64,000 nucleotides of DNA, taken from positions 1,664,001 to 1,728,000 of the forward strand of contig CAXXMV010000006.1 in assembly GCA_963662285.2 (NCBI GenBank), in the 5' to 3' direction. Source of the DNA: a bacterium (GTDB lineage: Bacteria; Hinthialibacterota; Hinthialibacteria; Hinthialibacterales; Hinthialibacteraceae). The notes beneath the pieces are model-generated. The model worked only from the letters and a program-made list of their open reading frames with translations. It was not told the origin of the DNA and made no database searches. Shown here piece by piece: positions 10,801 to 21,700 of the stretch; the first letter of the stretch is position 1, and every line of letters starts with the position of its first letter. The position numbers and the translations under genes were made by a program.

Positions 10801-11160
10801 GAACGTATTTCTCCCTTATAAATAAAAACGGTTAAGTTGTTTTTTTCAACAGAATTCTTAAGTTCGATTACTGTTTATTATATGGCGTCGACAGAAATAT
10901 TAATAAAAAACCAATTTAGCCATTAAATTAACGAAAAATAAAAAATATATAGTTATTATATGATAGAAAATGATGGGATTCTACACGTTTTTCTTGATAT
11001 TTATATCGGATACTAGCTCAATGACCGCATTAAATCCAATACGAAAATAATTATAACTCCATGGTTTTTCATGTGTTAAATGGAAAACATCATTGATGTC
11101 CTGTATGGACAGTTATTATGTGATAGAAATAAATCAACGGGGAAAAGAATCGTTAAATAT

Positions 11161-12330
11161 TTATTTAACTTTCTTGATATATTCGATCATCCTAACTTTG
11201 CCCATACGTTGTTCAAGGCTTTTTACTTTGTGGTAGCCTGTGCCATAGGGGTTATCGGTGCGGGCTTCTAGGTGTTCGAGGGTTTTGGGGAAATTCTTGA
11301 TATGCAGAATCTGGGATGAGACCCATTGGGCGAAGCCTTCCAGTATTTCGAGCGACTGATTGTTGATGCAGTTTTCGGATTGCCAGGCATGGGCGTATTC
11401 ATGCGCCGCAGTATCGTAAAGCATCTCTTTGGGCAGACCATACAAGAGAAAAATTTCTGATTTGCCATTTAAGCGCCGGTATAAACCCAATTCCTTGCCA
11501 AATAAGGGGCTGTCGCCATTTTCTCCCTTTTTGGCTTTATTGGCTTGAATTGACGACTTGCTATTCATCGGTTTAATTTGTAGTTGATAGGGAGTGTTGA
11601 CTTTCAAGCCTAAATGCTTGACGCAAAGTTGCTCTACTTCAGCCATGATTTGTTTTATCTGCTCTACGTCATATACCGCACGGTTATTGCAGTTAATGCA
11701 TACTCTTCGTCCATCATCGAAGCGAAAATGTTGTTTACCCAGGGGGACGCCGCAGGAATAGCATTTAGGATTGTGGTTTTTGCACTTTTCGCAGAATAGT
11801 TGGTCTGAGGAATCGAATTTATAGTAGGTTCCAACAATGGGTTTGCCGCATGATCCGCATAAAGGCAGTTTAGCGAGACACTCATCGCATACGGATTTTC
11901 CCCCATCAAGGCGATGCAGGTTGCCGGGGCGGTCGCATACTGCGCAACGGGGATAACGGTTATAACAGTGGCTGCAATATTTCTCTGAACCATCCTTGGA
12001 TTGGTAGTATTTTCCATTAATACGCCGGTTGCATATATTGCAAAATATTGAATTATCATAACATGGCTTGCAAAGGATTTCACCTTTGATTTTAACCAGG
12101 TCCTTGTTGTGAAATGGCAGGCCGCAGGCTTTGCAATGCAGTAGTTGTTTGTCGCACTTCTGGCAAACCAGTAATTTCTTATTGCCATCCAGGCTATAAG
12201 AAACATACTGTCCCTGAATGGTTTTACCGCATCGACCGCACTGGAGTTCTTCAGCCATAGCTTTAACCGATAAGAAGGCTATGGCTATGAAGACCAGTAA
12301 TATTATGGAATATTGGACTTTTAGATTCAT
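11161..12330 (-). CDS. DA1-like zinc metallopeptidase with tandem LIM-like CxxC zinc fingers
   Basis: 12 CxxC motifs, then LYGLP..AHEYAHAW..EGFAQW..Y..GY as in the DA1-like domain; N-terminal signal peptide. Confidence 0.75.
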   Translation of the reverse strand: MNLKVQYSIILLVFIAIAFLSVKAMAEELQCGRCGKTIQGQYVSYSLDGNKKLLVCQKCDKQLLHCKACGLPFHNKDLVKIKGEILCKPCYDNSIFCNICNRRINGKYYQSKDGSEKYCSHCYNRYPRCAVCDRPGNLHRLDGGKSVCDECLAKLPLCGSCGKPIVGTYYKFDSSDQLFCEKCKNHNPKCYSCGVPLGKQHFRFDDGRRVCINCNNRAVYDVEQIKQIMAEVEQLCVKHLGLKVNTPYQLQIKPMNSKSSIQANKAKKGENGDSPLFGKELGLYRRLNGKSEIFLLYGLPKEMLYDTAAHEYAHAWQSENCINNQSLEILEGFAQWVSSQILHIKNFPKTLEHLEARTDNPYGTGYHKVKSLEQRMGKVRMIEYIKKVK

Positions 12331-12404
12331 ACTTCTAATTATATCGCATGTTCAGATCATCAACAATGAAAACCAGTCATGTAACAATGACGGATAGAAA
12401 ATTT

Positions 12405-13559
12405 CTAATCCTGACGGGCATGAGGACAATCTTTATTTTTAGAAAGTATTACAGTTTGGTAAAGGTCTACGTATTGTTGAGTAATTAAATCAAGGTTGAA
12501 TTTGTTTATGATATGTTTACGCGCCGCTTGTCCCATGGTTCTCTGTAATTGAGGATTTGTCAAAATGCGAATGGCGGACCGGGCTAATTCCTGAATATCG
12601 CCAATGGGTTGCAGAAATCCGGTCACTCCATCTTGCATAACTTCAGGAACGCCTCCAACTCTAGTGCTCACTACAGGAACGCCACAGGACATGGCTTCAG
12701 CGATGGTCATGCCGAAAGACTCGCTTTCAGAAGTGGATAGCAGTAAATCCGCTTTTCGTAAAAGTCCCGTTACATTATTCAAAGAACCGGCGAATTCCAC
12801 TTTCTTTTGCAAACCCAATTGATTGACAAGCAATTCGGCAGAGGATTGTTCAGGCCCTTCACCAGCTAGAATTAATCGAACCGGAACCGATGCAGCGATT
12901 AAATCAAATACTTTTATGATATCCAAAATACGTTTTACCGGTCGGAAATTACTCAGGTGAACTATTGTTTTTGTAGTATTCTGCCAGCGATCATCGTTGG
13001 CCGGTGGAGAATAAACATCCGTATCTATAGGATTATGAATGACATGGATTTCTTTTTTTATATTAAATTGCTCTAAAGTCGATTTTTTCAAATCATGACT
13101 GACAGCTGTCACCTCATCACTGGCGTCAATGCTGAATTCAACCACTGGTTTGTAGGATGGCATCTGCCCCACCAACACAGAATCGGTTCCATGCAGGGTA
13201 GTGACAACCTTAAGATGCTCGGCTTTTTTACAGAGCATCTGTTTGGCCAGAAAGGCGGATGTGCTATGAGGAACGGCGTAATGGACATGAAGGATATCCA
13301 GGGGATGCTCCTCAATAGTCTGGTAGATAGTAGAGGCCAGCGCCAGAGTATAAGGAGGAAACTTAAATAATGGATAGAGCGGTACATCTACATGATGATA
13401 GTGAAATTCTTCAGTGGCGTCTTCGAGTTTACGGGGGAGATCATAACTGATGAAGCAAATATTATGACCTTGTCTGGATAATGATTTCCCCAGTTCTGTG
13501 GCGACTATGCCGCTGCCGCCAATCGAGGGATAACATACAATACCGATATTTAGACTCAT
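12405..13559 (-). CDS. bshA: N-acetyl-alpha-D-glucosaminyl L-malate synthase (GT4)
   Basis: IGIVCYPSIGGSGIVATELG, HVHYAVPH, TTLHGTD, SNFRPVKR, ESFG..EAMSCGVPV; start overlaps the upstream stop (ATGA). Confidence 0.85.
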   Translation of the reverse strand: MSLNIGIVCYPSIGGSGIVATELGKSLSRQGHNICFISYDLPRKLEDATEEFHYHHVDVPLYPLFKFPPYTLALASTIYQTIEEHPLDILHVHYAVPHSTSAFLAKQMLCKKAEHLKVVTTLHGTDSVLVGQMPSYKPVVEFSIDASDEVTAVSHDLKKSTLEQFNIKKEIHVIHNPIDTDVYSPPANDDRWQNTTKTIVHLSNFRPVKRILDIIKVFDLIAASVPVRLILAGEGPEQSSAELLVNQLGLQKKVEFAGSLNNVTGLLRKADLLLSTSESESFGMTIAEAMSCGVPVVSTRVGGVPEVMQDGVTGFLQPIGDIQELARSAIRILTNPQLQRTMGQAARKHIINKFNLDLITQQYVDLYQTVILSKNKDCPHARQD

Positions 13560-15502
13560 TTTTGCATAGATCCATGGGCTATGAGGGATGACTGCGCCAA
13601 ATCGACGCATTGAATAAAATTCTTAATGATAGTTTTCATTTCAGGAACAATAGAAGAATATTTATGAAGGATCAACTCGAGGAAAGCGTTTCCGCTATCG
13701 TCTCTCGCCCGTGCAGTACGTTGACGAACAAAATAGACGTGTTGCACTGATCCGCCCAGTAATGGATCGAATAGTTCCTGTCCGCACATTTTTATCCAGA
13801 TATTTTCAAATTCATTAAATAAATCATGCGCCTCTTGCTTGTTAAGGTTTTGTTGTGAAAGAATGATTTTCCAGCGGTCGAGCATCGCGAGCAGTGAATC
13901 GCATGATTTTACGGAATCTTCTAGAATCTGACGTCCATGCTTTAACTTATCAATCACTTCCTGGTAGGGAGGCTGCGGCTTATGTTGTTTGAAACTGTCA
14001 AAACGTTGTGAAACGCCAGTGTCTTTTAAGTGAGTCTGTAAGGCCTCCTGTAAGGGCATACGCTTCATTCCCTTGATTAACGCGCCGCCTTCAGTGGCAT
14101 CAATGATCTCAACATTCGATTGAGCAGCGGTTTTTTCCAGCGCCCGGATATAGAGGGAGAAGGGAACTGTGGTGGGCACTTCGTCACCATAATAACCTGG
14201 AACCAGGGTCATTTTACCCGATTCAGCTATAGCTTTGCCTGCTTTACCGCCAATATTAACAGTTCCATCCTGCTGCATGGGATCTATGGTACGGGATACA
14301 GCGCCATCCTGGGCATGAGTCGTTCCTCCATTACGAGGGAAAGCCATGTCGAAGCCGATCAAAATTATGGGAGAGCATCCCATATGCAATGCCAGATTAA
14401 GGGCAATATGCCCTACATTCATGGCGCGTTCCATGCGCCCATTCACCTCATCAAGGTCGAATAGATAATCCAGCAGTGGAATATTGGGATCAAACAGGGG
14501 AAGCAGGTATGGGTGATCGATATATTTTTGAGTTATAGCCCGTTGCGATTCTGGGTGGAAGGCCAAAATTGAATTGCCCAGATTATCGATTTTTTCAAAG
14601 TGACTGAAATTCAAAGGAGTTGGGTCAGCCGTAATGACCACATCGGGAATAAAGCCATGTTTTTTAAAAGTGATTTGCGCCGTGTCGACAATAAAAACAG
14701 CAGCGTTGTCATTAAGCGCCTTCAACTGATCAATGTTTTTATCCAGCGAAGGACCCGCAGCAGAAACGATGGCGGGGACGCCCTGCATCAATCCCTGGCA
14801 ATCCTTCAAGGCGTATCCTTTTATCATGGCAGGCAGATTCATGTAGATATTGAACTGGTTGCGTCCCTGGTTCTCCATGTTGGTGCGCATGTTGACTTCA
14901 TCATGAGTCAACATCTGCAGTAAGGTTTCCTTTATTGAATTGTAATAGTTTGGCGACATCCGCAGAGATTGAGAATGAGACAGGAAATGGCAGTTATGAA
15001 TAATCATATCGGAGCGAACATCAGTCAAATGCTCAGCAAGACAATCGGCTTCCGGTTCAGCGCCAATGATGAATAGGGTTCCTTCGCGATTGATTATGGA
15101 ACGCATATCCAGGGAAGATAATGCAATCCACATTATGCGTGGATCCTGCTCTATGATGATTAAATGGCGTAATAGTCTTTGTTGTTGCTTAACCAATGTA
15201 TGCAGGTGATAACCTAAGCCCATTCCCAAAACCGCTATATTAGTAGGAGTTTCCAATACTGCGCTTTCAGCCCAACGCTGCGCTTCGCGTAAAGGATCAT
15301 AAGCGCTGTGCAACAGTTCCGGTTTACCGCTTTCGGGCGAGATGACGCGAAGCGAGGGCGCCGATGTCTTGGTGCGTACTATTTCCGCCTGAAAACCCGC
15401 CAGATCAATAGACCGCATGGTTGCGGCAAGTTGTGGGGAATTTGCATTAAGGGCAGTAAGGTTTAATTCTAATATGCTGTTTGTCAATGACAAATACCTC
15501 AA
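13556..15502 (-). CDS. Motility-associated factor (Maf/DUF115) glycosyltransferase-like protein
   Basis: LLHSAYDPLREA, GMGLGYH, AGPSLDKNI, GCSPIILIGFDMAF, IIDATEGGA; flagellar context; start codon uncertain. Confidence 0.8.
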   Translation of the reverse strand: MRYLSLTNSILELNLTALNANSPQLAATMRSIDLAGFQAEIVRTKTSAPSLRVISPESGKPELLHSAYDPLREAQRWAESAVLETPTNIAVLGMGLGYHLHTLVKQQQRLLRHLIIIEQDPRIMWIALSSLDMRSIINREGTLFIIGAEPEADCLAEHLTDVRSDMIIHNCHFLSHSQSLRMSPNYYNSIKETLLQMLTHDEVNMRTNMENQGRNQFNIYMNLPAMIKGYALKDCQGLMQGVPAIVSAAGPSLDKNIDQLKALNDNAAVFIVDTAQITFKKHGFIPDVVITADPTPLNFSHFEKIDNLGNSILAFHPESQRAITQKYIDHPYLLPLFDPNIPLLDYLFDLDEVNGRMERAMNVGHIALNLALHMGCSPIILIGFDMAFPRNGGTTHAQDGAVSRTIDPMQQDGTVNIGGKAGKAIAESGKMTLVPGYYGDEVPTTVPFSLYIRALEKTAAQSNVEIIDATEGGALIKGMKRMPLQEALQTHLKDTGVSQRFDSFKQHKPQPPYQEVIDKLKHGRQILEDSVKSCDSLLAMLDRWKIILSQQNLNKQEAHDLFNEFENIWIKMCGQELFDPLLGGSVQHVYFVRQRTARARDDSGNAFLELILHKYSSIVPEMKTIIKNFIQCVDLAQSSLIAHGSMQK

Positions 15503-15544
15503 AGGTGAGATGAAATAATCAACATGATTTTTGTATGTTTTAGT

Positions 15545-16360
15545 TTATCTGATCGGAAGAAAATCTGAGTCTTCGGGGACTTTCCTGGTTTCCTCTGAAC
15601 CTTCAAGAATACCCGTAATTGATTCGGAATTGGTGCTTTGCAAAAGCACAATTTCAACACGACGATTTAAATCCTGATACTCTGGAGTAGTTTCCGGGAA
15701 GCGCGGTCTATTATCTGAACAAGACATGATGCTGAAGCGTTTTCCATCTATACGCACTTCGGGATTGGTTACTTCATCACGTAAATAAACCATAGTGTTA
15801 AAAGCGCGTCGATAGGCCAGGGTCCAGTTATCACGGAAACTGGAGTTACGCATCGGAGCTGAATCGGTGTGACCTTCGATGCGAATATCCTGATTCTTAA
15901 AATCCATCAAAATCTCAGCAATAGCATCAAGATGTTTTTTACCTTCTTGTGATAACATAGCCATACCACGAGCAAAAAGAATCCGACCGGAAAGAGAAAA
16001 ACGGATTCCTTCCCGGACGCCTTCCACGATTATTTCACTGGAAGACTCGTTAGAAACAAGTTTGGAACGTGCTTTTTTAGCAATGGCTTCTTTGGCCCGT
16101 TCAATAGTTTTATTACGTTGCGTAGGTTCAGATTTCTGTGGTTGTATGCTCACTGGGGGTACGAAGGCCATGTTGTACATACCCGGTATTCGGCCCAGAG
16201 CGCCCTGAATAGATGAAATGGCTTGAACAAATTTCTCTTTTTCAATGGTGGACATGGAAAACAAAAGAACGAAAAAGCAAAGCAGAAGCGACATCATATC
16301 TGAGAAGGTGCACATCCATTCGGGCGCGCCGCCGCTGCTTTCTTCTTCTTTTTTGGGCAT
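15545..16360 (-). CDS. motB: Flagellar stator protein MotB (paralog 2)
   Basis: WMCTFSDMMSLLLCFFVLLFSMS TM/plug; OmpA-like IEGHTD...NRRVEI. Confidence 0.9.
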   Translation of the reverse strand: MPKKEEESSGGAPEWMCTFSDMMSLLLCFFVLLFSMSTIEKEKFVQAISSIQGALGRIPGMYNMAFVPPVSIQPQKSEPTQRNKTIERAKEAIAKKARSKLVSNESSSEIIVEGVREGIRFSLSGRILFARGMAMLSQEGKKHLDAIAEILMDFKNQDIRIEGHTDSAPMRNSSFRDNWTLAYRRAFNTMVYLRDEVTNPEVRIDGKRFSIMSCSDNRPRFPETTPEYQDLNRRVEIVLLQSTNSESITGILEGSEETRKVPEDSDFLPIR

Positions 16361-16377
16361 GGTAATGCTCCTTAATA

Positions 16378-17184
16378 CTATTCGCTATTAATAAGTAGTA
16401 ATGGCGTACGAGGATCTTTCACGATAGGATCATAAAAGAATGTCCCCTCTCCCTGGTCTGTTTGAATAAGAATAATTTCTACTCGCCGATTGAGAGCCTG
16501 TTCGATTCTTGTTTGACGTTCATGCAAATTAGGCAAAGGTTTATTATCGGAAAATGCTTCATAACTGATGCGCTCTTTTTTAACCTGACCATAGGGACAA
16601 CCAATTTCAATCAGGAATTTCATCACGGCATATGCCCTTTCCGCCGACAAATGCCAGTTGCCATCTTTTTCAGAGTGCGGGGAAGCATCCGTATGTCCCT
16701 CGATTCTGATGGGATTAGAGGGAAATTGAATCAGTTCACTTGCAATTTTATCAAGAGCTACGATTCCTTTTTCAGTAATAATGGAACTGCCTTTTTCGAA
16801 AAGGGCGTCTCCGGATATTCTAAAAGTAATGCCCTGTTCCACTCCGGTTACTTGAACAACGTTTTGTAAGCTCCATGATCGAACTTTTTGGCGTTCTTCC
16901 ACGCGCAGTTCATCTTTGCCATAAGATTTCTTGCGCTTGGGCTGCGCAGGCCGGGATAACTCCGGCTGAGTGTGTTTGTCAGGGATGTTTTCAACAATAT
17001 ATGGAGCTGGTTGTCCTCCGAAGGCCGCCTTGAGAGAGGCCATCGCCTGTATTTTTTTCTTCTTTTCGATAGTGGACATGGAAAAGAGCAGAACGAAAAA
17101 GCAGAGCAGGAGAGACATCATATCCGAGAAGGTGCACATCCATTCGGGCGCGCCGGCGCTGCTTTCTTCTTCTTTTCTGGGCAT
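16378..17184 (-). CDS. motB: Flagellar stator protein MotB (paralog 1)
   Basis: Same TM motif; IEGHTD, NWHLSAERA, NRRVEI. Confidence 0.9.
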   Translation of the reverse strand: MPRKEEESSAGAPEWMCTFSDMMSLLLCFFVLLFSMSTIEKKKKIQAMASLKAAFGGQPAPYIVENIPDKHTQPELSRPAQPKRKKSYGKDELRVEERQKVRSWSLQNVVQVTGVEQGITFRISGDALFEKGSSIITEKGIVALDKIASELIQFPSNPIRIEGHTDASPHSEKDGNWHLSAERAYAVMKFLIEIGCPYGQVKKERISYEAFSDNKPLPNLHERQTRIEQALNRRVEIILIQTDQGEGTFFYDPIVKDPRTPLLLINSE

Positions 17185-17210
17185 CGAACTGACTCCTGAT
17201 TATCTGATTA

Positions 17211-17975
17211 CTATTCTTCTCTTGGCGGTCTAATGCTAGGCGCCAGGAATGCCAACAGTTTCTGTTCCAGGATGCGCGGGTTATCGCCCGCCTGGATGGA
17301 CATGACACCTTCGATGGCTACTTCCTTAAGCAATATTTCATCTGATGACCGCGCCTTTAGTTTACCAGCTAATGGAATAAAAGCCAAATTGGCCATCATA
17401 GCTCCATAGAGTGTTGTTAATAGGGCGATAGCCATAGACGGACCTATAGTGCTGGCGTCTTCCAGGTTGCCAAGCATCTGCACCAAGCCAACCAGCGTAC
17501 CGATCATACCCAGAGCGGGTGACGCCGATCCCATATAGGTAAGTATTGATTGTCCGGTCCGGTGACGGTCTTCAATAAAGGCCAATTCCGTCTGGAGAAT
17601 ATCCTTGATAAGTTCCGGTTCAACGCCATCAACCGCCAGACGTAGACCGGAGCGGATAAAATCATCTTCAATCTCATCCATTGAACCTTCAAGCGCCAGG
17701 ATTCCTTCACGACGGGCGCGTTCAGCGAAACTGACGAGCGTGCTTACGGTATCTAAGGGAGATAAGGCGGCGTTGAAAAAGGCGTTCTTTAAAACTCCAA
17801 CTAAACCCAACACAGTCGGTAGAGGGAAATTAATCAGAGTTACGGCGAATGTACCACCGATAACAATCAATACTGACGGGGTATCGATGAAATCCATGAA
17901 ACTGCCGCCAGAGATAATAGCCGCCGCCACAAGACCGAATGCGAGAATAAGACCGACAACTGTCGAGAGATCCAC
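17211..17975 (-). CDS. motA: Flagellar stator protein MotA/PomA
   Basis: ARREGILALE, PALGMIGTLVGLVQML, MAIALLTTLYGA, GDNPR. Confidence 0.93.
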   Translation of the reverse strand: MDLSTVVGLILAFGLVAAAIISGGSFMDFIDTPSVLIVIGGTFAVTLINFPLPTVLGLVGVLKNAFFNAALSPLDTVSTLVSFAERARREGILALEGSMDEIEDDFIRSGLRLAVDGVEPELIKDILQTELAFIEDRHRTGQSILTYMGSASPALGMIGTLVGLVQMLGNLEDASTIGPSMAIALLTTLYGAMMANLAFIPLAGKLKARSSDEILLKEVAIEGVMSIQAGDNPRILEQKLLAFLAPSIRPPREE

Positions 17976-18009
17976 AGGTTAACTCCCTATGCGTTACTTA
18001 TATCAGAGA

Positions 18010-18207
18010 TCAGCTTTTTAATAAATCCTTGAAAATATCCCGTTTATACGCTACGCACTTATTACGAACTTCTTCCATTGATTCACTAACCAAATACTTA
18101 CGTCCTGTCGCCATTGATATTACCGTATCAGGCGTCTCTTCAAGCGTCTCGATCAATTCTGCATTCATCATGAAAGAAGAGCCGTTTAACTTTGTTAATT
18201 GAATCAC
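18010..18207 (-). CDS. flbD: Flagellar FlbD family protein
   Basis: MIQLTKLNG...NAELIETLEETPDTVI...GRKYLVSES; GTG at 18207 preceded by AGGAGA (the ORF-track start at 18348 is an in-frame extension). Confidence 0.85.
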   Translation of the reverse strand: MIQLTKLNGSSFMMNAELIETLEETPDTVISMATGRKYLVSESMEEVRNKCVAYKRDIFKDLLKS

Positions 18208-18703
18208 GCCATTTCTCCTATACATGACTCCGGGTAAGAATTTCCTGACCTCGAACTCAGGAATTGGTTTTGAGAATTCCTGGCTCAGTTGATCACGAAT
18301 ATTTTTGACTCTTTCTTCATCCAGAGGACCCAAAACCATGAACATCAACCACCTTGATTAAATAATATCGCTATATGTTATATTACATTCGATGTAATTT
18401 CAAACCATTATTAATATTTTTTCAATAATTTTATATAACAACCATTATTAATCATAATTGTAAATGAACATATCTTTTATAATCATTTTAGTCGTGCGTT
18501 TAATTGTTTTTTACATTGCGTTTTTAATTTGCCTAAACCATAGCCCTTTCAAGGTGGGAGTGGGTGCTTGCTTACCTGAATTTACCGTAGGTAAGAATAC
18601 TATCCGCTATTATATAGACTATACGCTTGTTCCCAATAGCATGCAACACTGAAATCGATGTGAAATTGTAAACAATGGAGAATATCAGGTAGAGTAATAA
18701 AAC

Positions 18704-18735
18704 AAACCGGAAGCCATTAAATGACTCCCGGTTTT
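18704..18735 (-). terminator. Probable terminator after flgE
   Basis: AAACCGG-AAGCCAT / ATGACT-CCCGGTTT imperfect inverted repeat about 40 bp downstream of the flgE stop. Confidence 0.5.
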
Positions 18736-18773
18736 ATGATGGTATGAGTTAATTAATTCTATTGCGTGAATTA

Positions 18774-21700
18774 TTAACGTTTCAACGAAACAATTTCTGT
18801 AAGAATCTGGTCGCCTGTGGTTATGATACGCGCATTAGCCTGATAAGCCCGTTGCGCAACGATCAGTTTGGTGAATTCTGCCGCCAGGTCGACATTAGAC
18901 AGTTCCAATGATCCTGATTCGATAGTACCGGCTTCTGAATCAGCTTCAACGAAGCGTCGTTCTCCACTATTGTCGCCATCACGGTACTGGAAGAGGGTGT
19001 TGCCTTGTTGGACGAGTCCGCCTTCATTGGTGACCGTGGCTAACATGACTTTACCTAATGTTTGAGAATCGCCATTAGTGAACAGACCCATGATTTCGCC
19101 ATTGGCTGTAATAGCGACATTATCAAGCATACCTACGGGACGTCCGTCCTGGCTTTGCAGCTGAGCTGTGTGGTTGCTGTCAAACTGGGTGATGCCGCTT
19201 AAATCCATCTCGAATTTAACTTCTCTGGCGCCGCCGTTTTGTGGATCATTATCATCGTAATCGAATGAGATGTTGGGCGTATTGCTAGAGCCATACTGGT
19301 CAAAACGTCCCGTGTTATCAAAATAAAGTGATCCGGTGGTTCCTTGTGGAGGTTTGCGTGCGTCGTTGGGAACAACCGCCTGGAAATTCACCGTATTGCG
19401 AGTGAGGCCATCCTGATGAATAGTATTTGATGTGAATACATTACCAGAGCCTGCTTTGGCGACTATTCCTATAGGAACGCCTTCAGTGCGATCCACTCCC
19501 GTTTCGCCGTCGAAATCAGCCGCTATTCCATAGCCTCTCTGATTGAAGAGAGCGCGGAATGCAGTAACTTCGGGATCGAAAGCGTCAGTTTCGCTAAAGT
19601 ATTCTGGAGCGCCAGCGGCGTCTTCCATTTCAAAAAATGTACCTGAACTTAAGGCGACCAGGTGAACGCCGGAATCATTAATGCCAGTAGGCTCAGCCAA
19701 AGATGGATCGCCTTCAACCAGTGGTCCAAAGTCGGTATTTCCAATAGAAAATACTTTAGTTAAATCCGAACCGAAGATTTCATCTGCTGTAGCGTCTTTG
19801 AGAAATCCAGTAACTTTTTTATCAACATCGGTGTTATCGATATCTATTTCCTGATCCTCTGTGGCCGGATCAGTAGTCGTATCGAGGGTGCTGACGCGGA
19901 TCGAGCGCGTTTTGGCAGCCAGATCAAGCACCATGCCCATATTATCTTCGCCGCCGGCGGCGGCTATCAGACTCGCGGTTCTGGCATCACTATCAGGCAA
20001 AGCTGATGCTCCCATATTACCACCAGTCGTTTCGAATTGGAAACTACCGTCATCAGTAAGAATTACTTTGAATTCCAGTTCAGTTGCCGGTTCAGCCAAT
20101 AGTCCTGATACGTTAGGACTAATGAATTCAGCAGGTAAATCGTCTGGATCAAGATCCACAATGTTATCCGCTATTCTCTGGATTGATGAATTGATTCTTT
20201 TTTCAATATTGCTGCGTACAATTTCCAAGGTGGTGTTTTCAGTAAAACCTTCATCGCCAATTAATCCACCTTCAACATTTTTACTAGGGATGTTTAGAAA
20301 TTCGTTTCCAGTAACATTAATGTCATTGTCATCAAACACAGCTCTAATGGCATCGTTGGTTGGTACGTTGAATGTGCCTCCGTTAATAGATAAGGCGCCA
20401 TCAGAAACGCGAATAGCGATCAGGTTGCCATTGGCGTCATTATATGAAAAGACTCCCTGCGTCGCCACAATATTACTAACCTGCCGCGCCGTGAAAGTAG
20501 CGGTATTGCTGGCCGGGTCATTTTGTGGTTCAAGCAACTCTATCTTGGGAGGAACAATACCATCTGGAATAAGAAAACGTCCTTCACTATCCCGTAGTTC
20601 CCCAAGGATAGTCTCTTTGATGGCGGCAGGTTGACTGGTATCCGCCGCTAATCCCACAGAAACAGTATGCGATGCGCCCAGGGAATCGAATACATCGATG
20701 GATGTATTACGATCCGCCTGGCGGACGCTATTAGTTGAAACTACTTCTGTTGCACCAACATTCAATGTTTTGGTAAAATCAGGATCGCCTTCATTGACAA
20801 ATAAGTTGCCAATTAGTCTGTTCGCATCCACCGGAGGCTCAGTTTCGGTATTTCTGGCATCCAAACCTATTCGAATCCCTTTTAGTGAATTTTTACCACT
20901 GTTAGAAAATTCAAAAGCACCGGAAGAATTAAAATTGACGTCTATACCGCTGGCCACGCCTGGAGTGATTTCGGTGATAATTCCTGAAAAGAAATCAGTA
21001 AAGGCCTCCTGCAGATCAGCAATTGTGGTGGTTGCCGTGATTGTCATGATGACGCCTTCACCTCTGTCATTGATGTTCTGCTTTGTAAGTTCAACCGGAT
21101 TATCGACGCCGACAGGAGGATTATTCAAATTTAGAAAGCCAGTTTCAAATTTGATAACGTCTCCATTTATTAATCCCATGGGTTCGCCTTTTGCGTCGAA
21201 TATCCCCAGAAGATTACTGGTATTTAATGCTTGAGATACAGGAGAGTTGTCACCAACGCTGGAATCAAAATTACCTCCGGCGCGAACAATGTTAGTTGTT
21301 TGAGCGAGAGATTTGCGATTATCATCAATTTGTAGAGGACCTAGAGATTTTGATGTCTCTAACATGCCATTTTCATCGGCGGTCTGGCCAATTAGCCGAT
21401 ATCCTGATGCCGGATCAACAAGGAAACCTTCATTATCCAGAGAAAAATTACCAGCTCGGGTCAGAAATTCGTTACTCTTCTCACTTCCATCACCATCCCG
21501 CAGCACGAAGAATCCATCGCCCATAACGGCCAGATCCAATAATCTGCCGGTGGTTTCAGGACTGCCTTGGGTGAAAATCTTGTCAACGCTGCCCAGTTTT
21601 ACGCCTGTTCCAAATTGAACAGGATTAACGCCGCCTCGCGTTCCGCTGGCGCCGATGCCTGATGATAGGGTTTGATAGAATATATCGTCGAAAGAAGCGC

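Noticed and set aside
19861-21234. Long plus-strand ORFs inside flgE
   Set aside because: Antisense frames produced by codon bias
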